IMG/VR virus record: IMGVR_UViG_3300042292_000140
Span: 1 to 53,253 of that record
DNA: 53,253 nt
From: a virus
Lineage: Duplodnaviria; Caudoviricetes
Strand: one strand, 5' to 3'
The translations under genes and the position numbers were made by a program. Positions 45,917 to 53,253 of the stretch are shown in pieces. Positions within the stretch are counted from its first letter, which is position 1; each line of letters begins with the position of its first letter. The notes beneath the pieces were generated by a model. It was not told the origin of the DNA. It was given only the letters and a program-made list of their open reading frames with translations, and did no database searches.

Positions 45917-47467
45917 CTACACCGCGTAAGGATTGATTCTCGGTTTCGCTTTGCTTGGCACATCGTCATAGTCTTTGGCTTCAGGTAGCTCAAACCATCT
46001 ATCGTTCTTGAAATAGATGATGGCTTGCGTGAAGGTATCAACATAGTCGTCATGCTCGGCAACAGGAAACTTAGCGAGTTGTTTTAAAAATGCAGCCGCC
46101 CAACTAACGGGTTGACCACGATTCTTCTTCGACTCTGGAATCCACAACAGTCCTAGCTCTAGTGTAGGTGCAGCTTGGTGTGCGCGTGAAATCTTGTCTG
46201 CTCTGTCAGGATTATAACCCACAGCAGGAACTTTCGCCAATCGCAGATCCTGCAAGAGTGATTGCCCACTTGCCTTGGCTTCGACCAAGATACGATCTGG
46301 ACGACGTGCGCGTGAATGCGGTGACTCCTTTGACATCCCACCGTACTCTGTACCCCAATCTTTGATGGCTTTAGCACGCAAATCTGGGTAGCTGAGATGT
46401 TCATCCCATGCATCAATGAGCATTGCGTTATGCAACCCTTCATGTGTGAATATCGCCCAAACTGTGCAAGCCGTTGGATCACCGGTTGTCTTCTCCGTAA
46501 AAGCACAGTCGTATGATTGTAGGATGTACTCGAAAGGAGGCAGACCATCATCGGCTGACCATAAGCCAAAGTGTTTGGTCTTGAGGATACCACCAGACAC
46601 CGGTGCAGGATCTTGTTGCAACTGTCCCGCTGTACCATAAGTGCCGAGCAATTGCTTAAGCATGGTGATTTCTTTTACGCCAAACCGATCAGGACAAATC
46701 AAGTCCCCTTTCTTTGTGCGTGGATCATATTCGCCAAGGATGGTCTTGCGTCGCTTGCCATCGTACTCTGCGGGAATACAGATATGCTCCCACCCTTTGA
46801 TGTCATTTAAGATATGACCGCTGATGTCACGCTCGTGCAGCCGTTGCATAACCGTCACCATCGCATCGGTTTTTGGGTTATTAAGACGTGTTGACCACAC
46901 CATGTCGAACCATTCGAGATCAGACTCGCGCATCGCCTCGGACTGAGCTGCCTGCGCACCATGTGGATCATCAAGTATCAAACGCGAACCACCTTCCCCT
47001 GTAGCTGTACCGCCAACAGACGTTGCGAGTCGATAGCCAGTCTTGTCATTCTCAAAGCGTTGCTTTGCATTTTGATCGCCAGCAAATTTGAACATGTGAC
47101 CCCAGCGTTCCTGGTACCAAGGTGATTGCAATAGTCGTCTTGTCTTTAAATTATCGCGTGTTGACAGTGTGCCAGAATACGACGCGCACAAAAACTTCTG
47201 AGCAGGATCTGTGATCCACTCCCAAGCAGGCCACATCACTGACACAATCGTTGATTTAGAGTGACGCGGAGGAATGTTGATTAGCAGTCGATGTATCTCG
47301 CCAGCACTGACTGCTTCAAGATGCTCGCAAATCTCCTCGATGTGCCATGACTCCATGAATTGAATACCGGGTTCAACCACATGCCATGACTGTTTAACAA
47401 ATTCATAGAGTGAAGCAGACGCTGCGCGTCGTGCCTTCTCAGCCTTAACTTTTTCAAGCAGTGTCAC
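45917..47467 (-). CDS. terL: Terminase large subunit
   Basis: INIPPRHSKS (Walker A variant), LILDDP, VMQRLHE.D, QSYDCAF, VEAKASG, FP...HDD.VD. Confidence 0.95.
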   Translation of the reverse strand: MTLLEKVKAEKARRAASASLYEFVKQSWHVVEPGIQFMESWHIEEICEHLEAVSAGEIHRLLINIPPRHSKSTIVSVMWPAWEWITDPAQKFLCASYSGTLSTRDNLKTRRLLQSPWYQERWGHMFKFAGDQNAKQRFENDKTGYRLATSVGGTATGEGGSRLILDDPHGAQAAQSEAMRESDLEWFDMVWSTRLNNPKTDAMVTVMQRLHERDISGHILNDIKGWEHICIPAEYDGKRRKTILGEYDPRTKKGDLICPDRFGVKEITMLKQLLGTYGTAGQLQQDPAPVSGGILKTKHFGLWSADDGLPPFEYILQSYDCAFTEKTTGDPTACTVWAIFTHEGLHNAMLIDAWDEHLSYPDLRAKAIKDWGTEYGGMSKESPHSRARRPDRILVEAKASGQSLLQDLRLAKVPAVGYNPDRADKISRAHQAAPTLELGLLWIPESKKNRGQPVSWAAAFLKQLAKFPVAEHDDYVDTFTQAIIYFKNDRWFELPEAKDYDDVPSKAKPRINPYAV

Positions 47468-47970
47468 GCACTCGCCTTTTGAAGCAATGAGTGCATGGTA
47501 TCCAGCTCATCATCGCTCAAGCCTTTAAAGTCACCAGCCGTTTGTTGCGTGTTGTTGATCTGAATAGCGGTATCAATGTCTTTGCCAAGAATTGTTTCTT
47601 TTCCTTTTTGCAGTGCATTCTGTGCTTGCGTGTGTTCTTGGATGGTAATTGTTTCATCCACTTTGCGCATCATCGTGGACAAATTCTTCATCGTTGAACT
47701 TTTAAAAAATTCCACATGTTTTAGTCTTTCAATTACCGCATCTTCAACAACTTGCTGTTGGTGCGGTAAAAGTGCGGTAAATTCTTCGCGAACTCGCGCA
47801 GTATCCTCGATCAGCTTAGGTAAAACCCCCCTTTGCCAATCTTCTTTTTTTGCTCTTTTAGCTATATTTGAATTATCAATTCTTGTTTCATCGGAGATCT
47901 GACGTAAAGACTTATCGGCTTCATACAACGCCTTCGCCTTATCCCAATCTCCCTTCGTTGGTCTTGCCAT
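47464..47970 (-). CDS. terS: Terminase small subunit
   Basis: N-terminal HTH (W.KAK..YEA..SLRQI...I.KRAKKE.W), C-terminal LSDDEL; overlaps terL. Confidence 0.75.
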   Translation of the reverse strand: MARPTKGDWDKAKALYEADKSLRQISDETRIDNSNIAKRAKKEDWQRGVLPKLIEDTARVREEFTALLPHQQQVVEDAVIERLKHVEFFKSSTMKNLSTMMRKVDETITIQEHTQAQNALQKGKETILGKDIDTAIQINNTQQTAGDFKGLSDDELDTMHSLLQKASA

Positions 47971-47984
47971 AACTGCTACCTCCT

Positions 47985-48683
47985 CTACCGGTAACGGAGA
48001 ATAATTTCTTTACACATCTCTGATCTAACAATATCGTCAATACCAAACTCGACGATACCAATCTTATCCACATCATAAAGCCGATCAACTGCATCAGCAA
48101 GACCAGACAAGCCTCGAATGTCGGTCTGCGCAATGTCACCATCGATAATCACTTTGCAGTCATCACCAATCCGACTTAAAAATAATTTCATCTGAGATGG
48201 CGTAGTATTTTGCGCTTCATCTAAAATACACAGACTGTTCTTAAATGTACTGCCACGCATGAACTCCAGTGGCTTTAATTTGATCTGTCCGCGCTTAACC
48301 AATAAGTCAGTATAGGATTTTCCCAAACGCTCCTCCAGCACGCTTAAAAGCGGCTCCATGTACGGTGCAAACTTTTCACCAAGATCACCGGGTAAAAAAC
48401 CAAATCCTTTGCTTGACGCTTCGACGTTTGGTCGCGTCAATATCACGCTATCAATGAGCTTTTCTTCGAGTAGCTCGGCTGCGTAAGACGCTGCGATATA
48501 CGTCTTACCTGTCCCTGCCGGACCGACAGCAAAAGTAATGACGTTTGCACGAATAGCATTGATGTATTGTTGCTGTGCTTTGTTTAATGCACGCAACTGG
48601 GATTTCTTTGGTGTTGTTGTTACTTCTTGTACAAACTTTTGTGCGCGTCGATCTTTGCGCTTAAGTTTCTTTTCAAAATCCAT
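47985..48683 (-). CDS. phoH: PhoH-like ATPase
   Basis: GPAGTGKT, TRP.VE, GFLPG, FMRGSTF, LDEAQN, GD..QTD, DIVRS. Likely start ATG 48683. Confidence 0.95.
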   Translation of the reverse strand: MDFEKKLKRKDRRAQKFVQEVTTTPKKSQLRALNKAQQQYINAIRANVITFAVGPAGTGKTYIAASYAAELLEEKLIDSVILTRPNVEASSKGFGFLPGDLGEKFAPYMEPLLSVLEERLGKSYTDLLVKRGQIKLKPLEFMRGSTFKNSLCILDEAQNTTPSQMKLFLSRIGDDCKVIIDGDIAQTDIRGLSGLADAVDRLYDVDKIGIVEFGIDDIVRSEMCKEIILRYR

Positions 48684-48699
48684 GTAAATCCTTATAAGT

Positions 48700-49152
48700 G
48701 ACAAGCCAGCCTACCGACGAAAGTAACTGGCTTGTCTAATGAATGATTTAAATTTGCGAACCGTTACATTGCACAAACGATAGCCATCACGCTATCACTA
48801 AAAACACTAACACCTAAATGCGTTTAGTGATAGCAAAAACCACTACGCCATAAACTGCAATGAGTAGTGGCCGTGTTTTGGTTGATAGTAATCTCAGTAT
48901 TCGTCGCTGTACTTTCAAGCGATCCCAAGTCTCCTATTTCTGAGCGTCTGGCCATTACAGGTGCGCTATGCGCGTACTATCAAGCTACAGACACTGGTGT
49001 AACTAGTCAAATTATCTTACCGGACATGACAAATATCCAAAACCAATGCCTATACTTGATAGTGCTTGTCTTTCCAAGCTGTCAACATAATTAAACCCAA
49101 GCCACAAGCCAGCCATTGATAAATCGCCAAAAATAAAAATACTGGCTTGTGG
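48700..49152. other. Intergenic array of inverted repeats, candidate structured RNA/leader
   Basis: At least six stems with large loops; the first and last share ACAAGCCAG...CTGGCTTGT. Confidence 0.55.
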
Positions 49153-49163
49153 TGGGCATAAAC

Positions 49164-49334
49164 TTATTCATCGTCTTCTGGATGCTCTGGTGATGCTCTT
49201 TGAATCATCATGCTATCTGCCATGTAATATGCAAGATTTGAAACGTTTTCAAACGCTACATTTGATCTTCCTGCCAAAATTCCCTGCATTGCATGTGCCG
49301 CAAAAATATCTCTAAGATCTTCGTGTTCAGTCAT
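49164..49334 (-). CDS. 56-aa conserved phage protein (not in ORF track)
   Basis: LRDIFAAHAMQG...AYYMADSMM..R matches the widespread phage 'LRDYFAAKAMQG...AY..ADAM' pattern. Confidence 0.75.
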   Translation of the reverse strand: MTEHEDLRDIFAAHAMQGILAGRSNVAFENVSNLAYYMADSMMIQRASPEHPEDDE

Positions 49335-49660
49335 TACTTTTCTCCGTTAAAACAATCTTTATTGTTTTCAATAAATAAAATTAAATCATTGTATAAATCA
49401 ACGTACTTTTCTTTTAAGTAAAACGAATCTTTAGTCTTAGCAAATCTTTTTTCTTCAAGATTATAAGCTAACCAAAAATTAATTTTTGAATTTAAATACC
49501 CATCACCAACGAGTTTAAAATTAATCCAACTGCCAGCGTCACCGATGTTAAATATTCGATTGTAAAATATCCATTCAACATTTTTAAAATTACTAACCTT
49601 TCCAATGGCTAAATAATCTTCTGTCTTTGGATGTGTTCCGCCAAATAATACATTGCTCAT
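49334..49660 (-). CDS. AT-rich hypothetical protein
   Basis: 108-aa ORF with a TAATG overlap to the next gene. Confidence 0.6.
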   Translation of the reverse strand: MSNVLFGGTHPKTEDYLAIGKVSNFKNVEWIFYNRIFNIGDAGSWINFKLVGDGYLNSKINFWLAYNLEEKRFAKTKDSFYLKEKYVDLYNDLILFIENNKDCFNGEK

Positions 49661-49849
49661 AAATTTTACCCATAAAAAAAACCGTCTTCTTTGTTAGGTG
49701 ATAATTGCCGTGAAAAGTTGCGGCTCTAACTTGAATTCGGTTTTGTTTAACTTTTCACTAAATTAGGTTTATCACAACCTAGAAATAATTATACAGTATT
49801 TTTAAAAATTATACATGAATTTATTACGCTTAAAAGTTCGCACAACATA

Positions 49850-49965
49850 AACGCCCTACCCGCCCTACTTCTAAAGAAAGTAGGGCGTGGGCGGGCGTTA
49901 TTTATGCTGTTTTTGTCAAAACGCCCGCCCTAATTAAAATACCGCCCTAGGGCGTTTTGGGCGTT
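49850..49965. repeat. CGCCC/GGGCG repeat cluster, putative replication origin
   Basis: Multiple CGCCC(TA) direct and inverted copies, including CGCCCTACTT...AAGTAGGGCG, directly downstream of the primase-helicase and next to an AT-rich tract. Confidence 0.55.
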
Positions 49966-49968
49966 CCA

Positions 49969-51981
49969 TTATTTCTCATTTTTCATCATAATGAGTGCTG
50001 ATGCATTAACTTGATCAATCATAATCCAGCCATGCTCAAATGGTTTTATCACGTCACCGCCTTCCATCAGATTTACAAAGCCATTTGTTGTAGATGGTTT
50101 TAAAGCATTCTCTGCTGTGCGCTTTGCCCAACCGTCTGCATCAAGTTTTGCCAAGAATGCTGATCGACTAATATACGGCATCTCCTCTCTGATTTCTGTG
50201 CCAGTTGCAAACCACACCTTCTCAAATAGCTTTCTGTGCGTATCTAACTTTGAATCTTTTTTAACCGCAACTGGTACATCAGCAGGTGACAACACGGCAC
50301 TGTAAACTTGGTCGCCATCCTCATCAATCCATCCAGTAATAGCAATCTTTTCAAGCGTTGCATAAACATCTAATGTTAACTCAGCATCCTTTGATTTCTT
50401 TTGTGATATTTGCATTGGTTTGTTTTCATCACCAGGCGAAACACTGATTTCAATATCGAGTGCGCCACGCCACGCTGACGATCCACGCGCTCTGTGTTGT
50501 GTTTCAGCAGACACACCCGTGTGATGCACTAAGATAACGGTACATCCAAACTCAATCATTAAACCAGCGCACGCATCTAGCATGCTTTTTGTGTCTTGTG
50601 CTGAGTTCTCATCACCAAGCAAGAAACGATGCAACGTATCAAAAACAATAAGGCTTGGTCGCTCATTAAGACTGAGCAGTGCTTCACGCACACGTTGATA
50701 ACCCGATGGCGTGTTAAGATCGCACCCCGATTTTGATACCCACATATTAAGTTTGCCAATATTATTCTTTTGCTTCCACGCAGCTATTCGACCACGCAAA
50801 CCATGATGACCTTCACCGGCAAAGTAGCCAACTGATCCAGGCTTAACTTTATGTCCCATCCATTCACCACCGCCAGATGCAATGCGAAGGCACTGATCAA
50901 GAACCATAAATGTTTTACCACCGCCAGATGGTCCATGAATCATAATGAGTGCTTCTTCCTGTAGCCATCCTTTTATCAGCCATTTAATTGGCGAAGGTTG
51001 TGTGCTTAAATCATCAGCAGGGATTAACCAATTATCCTTTGGTGGCATAAGTAAACTCAGCAAGTCATTACCATTGGCAACGTAATCGTTAGCATCACCA
51101 AGCTCTGGTGGCAAAACTATTCTTGCGCCATGTTTTGCTGATGCTTGCTCTGCGTAACGCATACCGACACCAGATGAGTCATTATCGGCAACAATAACAA
51201 TGTCCTGTGTTGCGCCATAGGTTTCTCTCATGATGCCTGTCACTGGAACGATGTTTGATGCGGAGTAAGCGACGATACAAATACTGCCTGTTGCTTCATG
51301 AATGGTAGCGGCTGTGGCAAAGCCTTCTGCAATAAAAATGGTTTTAGGATTTTCAGCGTTCCCAATTGACCAAAACTTTCCGCCAGTTGCACCACCTTTA
51401 TGATAGAGCTTACCACCGTCTGTTGAAATATATTGAAGCGTTGATAAAGTGCCATCTTTGTTTAACAATGGAACAACAAGTCGTCCATCACCAGTGACTC
51501 TTGCACCATGAACGCAGATGCCTTTCTTTTTTAAGTAAGGATGTTCTTTGTTTGCGGGCGTGCAATCTGACCATATCTTTGATACTACATCCTCAGTAAC
51601 TTCATGTTGTTTTGCAAGTTCAGCGTCACGCGCTGCTTTAGCTTCAGACATTCTGCGCGAATGCGCCATTTCTTCTGCGGCAGTAAACTTTCGCCCAATG
51701 TCTGCACGAAATGACATTTCAATACCAGCTCGCCAATCACCAAACCTACCTGCCGGTGTACCATCGCCATAACAAATGTACCATCCTGTTTTATCTCCAG
51801 CACCCGATGATCCTTTTGATCCTGTTCTAAATCGATGAATCTTTCCATCCATGTAAATAGTAGATGGTGGATCAATGCCAACATCACGCATCGCATTAAC
51901 TAATTGCGACTCTGGCGACTCTGGCACCGATTCCACTGGCGGATAAAAACTCCCATTAAAAATATTAGTTAGATCTACCAT
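49969..51981 (-). CDS. Primase-helicase (Toprim + RepA-like AAA_25)
   Basis: HPYL..K, LQ.I..DG.K, IAEGFATA, VADND...G, D.ND; HGPSGGGKT, FAGEG, FDTL, VHHTG, RGSS. Confidence 0.9.
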   Translation of the reverse strand: MVDLTNIFNGSFYPPVESVPESPESQLVNAMRDVGIDPPSTIYMDGKIHRFRTGSKGSSGAGDKTGWYICYGDGTPAGRFGDWRAGIEMSFRADIGRKFTAAEEMAHSRRMSEAKAARDAELAKQHEVTEDVVSKIWSDCTPANKEHPYLKKKGICVHGARVTGDGRLVVPLLNKDGTLSTLQYISTDGGKLYHKGGATGGKFWSIGNAENPKTIFIAEGFATAATIHEATGSICIVAYSASNIVPVTGIMRETYGATQDIVIVADNDSSGVGMRYAEQASAKHGARIVLPPELGDANDYVANGNDLLSLLMPPKDNWLIPADDLSTQPSPIKWLIKGWLQEEALIMIHGPSGGGKTFMVLDQCLRIASGGGEWMGHKVKPGSVGYFAGEGHHGLRGRIAAWKQKNNIGKLNMWVSKSGCDLNTPSGYQRVREALLSLNERPSLIVFDTLHRFLLGDENSAQDTKSMLDACAGLMIEFGCTVILVHHTGVSAETQHRARGSSAWRGALDIEISVSPGDENKPMQISQKKSKDAELTLDVYATLEKIAITGWIDEDGDQVYSAVLSPADVPVAVKKDSKLDTHRKLFEKVWFATGTEIREEMPYISRSAFLAKLDADGWAKRTAENALKPSTTNGFVNLMEGGDVIKPFEHGWIMIDQVNASALIMMKNEK

Positions 51982-52150
51982 TGTTGCTTTCCAAGTAATC
52001 AGTTAATTTTGTCATGACTTTATAAGTCGGATTAGCATTTTCATTATCTCTAATCTCTCTGATAGTATTGAAATGAATGCCTGTTGCTTCTGCAATCATA
52101 GATACTCTGCGATCTTTTAATAATTCTCTTATTTCATCTAACTTCATCAT
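51965..52150 (-). CDS. Cro-like HTH regulator
   Basis: IAEATGIHFNTIREIR....NPT......L.DYL. Confidence 0.75.
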   Translation of the reverse strand: MMKLDEIRELLKDRRVSMIAEATGIHFNTIREIRDNENANPTYKVMTKLTDYLESNNGRSN

Positions 52151-52211
52151 TTTTTTTATTCCTGTTGGTGGTTAATTTTTGAAATAGAATATCATAAATA
52201 ATATTTTATTG

Positions 52212-52240
52212 TTGACATTTAATATTAAAATGTTTAAGAT
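52212..52240 (+). promoter_or_regulatory. Sigma70 promoter for the rightward recombination operon
   Basis: TTGACA-17nt-TAAGAT, with an imperfect palindrome spanning the spacer. Confidence 0.7.
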
Positions 52241-52296
52241 CTTTTCTCAAGAGCTAACCGGAATTCCTCCAACCAGCTCAAAACAGGAGAAAAACA

Positions 52297-52971
52297 ATGG
52301 CTATTAATTTAAAAAACACGTCTGATGTTCATAGCAATGGCGTTAAAGTTTTAGTGTACGGACATGCTGGCGTTGGCAAAACTACGTTGTCAACGACAAT
52401 GCCAAATCCCGTGATTATAAGTGCGGAAGGTGGTTTATTGTCAATTAAAGACAGCAACATACCTTATGTTGAAGTATCAAACATGGCGGATATAACTGAG
52501 ATATATTCTTGGTTGTTAACACCAGAAGGCAGTCAGTTTGATTCCGTTATCTTAGATAGTTTATCTGAGATTGGTGAAGTTGTTTTAAACCATGAAAAGT
52601 CTGTGAATAAAGATGGCCGCGCTGCTTATGGCGAGATGGCAACGCAGATGACAGCGTTAATTCGCGCATTTCGTGATCTTCCAGGTAAAAATGTTTTAAT
52701 GACCGCCAAAGTTGAAAAGTCACAAGACGAAACTGGTCGAATGATGTACGCGCCATCAATGCCAGGTGCGAAGTTAGGACAAACGCTTCCATACTTTTTT
52801 GATTTAGTCTTGGCACTTCGCGTTGAAAAAGATGCTGACGGTGTTGCTCAACGCGCATTGATGTGTGATAGCGATGGACTATGGATGGCAAAAGATAGAT
52901 CTGGAAAACTACAAGCATGGGAGCAACCAGACTTAGGCGCAATCATCAAAGAAATTGGCGGTGCAAAATGA
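52297..52971 (+). CDS. Sak4-like / AAA_24 ATPase (ssDNA annealing)
   Basis: LVYGHAGVGKT, SAEGGLLS, ILDSLSE, AYGE, FRDL, PYFFD.V, AKDRSG.L. Confidence 0.85.
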   Translation: MAINLKNTSDVHSNGVKVLVYGHAGVGKTTLSTTMPNPVIISAEGGLLSIKDSNIPYVEVSNMADITEIYSWLLTPEGSQFDSVILDSLSEIGEVVLNHEKSVNKDGRAAYGEMATQMTALIRAFRDLPGKNVLMTAKVEKSQDETGRMMYAPSMPGAKLGQTLPYFFDLVLALRVEKDADGVAQRALMCDSDGLWMAKDRSGKLQAWEQPDLGAIIKEIGGAK

Positions 52972-53253
52972 ACATCACCGAATTATCAAATCGCTGGTTA
53001 GAACTTAAAGAACAAGAAGAATACGTTGTGTCAGAACGTCGATACATTGAAGATCAAATATCTTCTTTGATGAAGATACAGGAAACGCTCGAAGGCGTTG
53101 AAACAAAAAAAATTGGTAGTTTTGTTATCAAAGTTACTGGACGAATTGACAGAAAAGTTAATTCAGAAATGCTACAAGAAATTGCGGCAGAAAATGGATT
53201 ATCTGAGCATCTATCGGCTTTATTTAGATGGACACCTGCTATTAACATGACAG
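52968..53253 (+). CDS. Conserved phage recombination-module protein (3' truncated by the window)
   Basis: MNITELSNRWLELKEQE...RR.IED...K...RIDRKV......LFRW; ATGA overlap; frame open to the window end. Confidence 0.7.
   Translation, partial: MNITELSNRWLELKEQEEYVVSERRYIEDQISSLMKIQETLEGVETKKIGSFVIKVTGRIDRKVNSEMLQEIAAENGLSEHLSALFRWTPAINMT

Noticed and set aside
48867-49094. 75-aa plus-strand ORF, or a tRNA, in the hairpin region
   Set aside because: The ORF opposes the operon direction and lacks a good RBS. I could not see a TTCGA T-loop or a cloverleaf; tRNAscan would settle it.

Overview
The window is most of a tailed dsDNA phage genome (Caudoviricetes, podovirus-like layout, probably proteobacterial host judging from the E. 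coli-like dUTPase). It is cut inside the recombination module: it starts in the 3' end of a Cas4-like exonuclease and ends in the gene after a Sak4-like ATPase. The plus strand (1-7529, 52297-end) carries a helicase, a VRR-NUC nuclease, many tiny coupled ORFs, dUTPase and a 509-aa glycosyltransferase. The minus strand (7559-52150) carries, in transcription order, a Cro-like HTH, primase-helicase, PhoH, TerS/TerL, a 1731-aa polyvalent protein, portal, GroES, scaffold, capsid, adaptor, several fibres, a lysis cassette, tail tube A/B and five putative ejection proteins. I found no integrase, DNA polymerase, tRNA or CRISPR array. Best candidate novel system: the glycosyltransferase closely resembles (by recalled motifs) staphylococcal/streptococcal SdgB/GtfA serine O-GlcNAc transferases, and the same phage encodes a 2059-aa ejection-module protein with ~560 aa of SRRP-like Ser-alternating repeats plus Gly-Ser-Thr repeats, which suggests phage-encoded O-glycosylation of a virion protein. 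Second: the polyvalent protein is split into modules by five [YWF]AxGGxV motifs that recur in other late proteins, and putative capsid-internal proteins share an 'xxDLAxxY(G/N)V' helix motif; together these look like a processing/packaging code. Family names come from motif recognition, not database searches.
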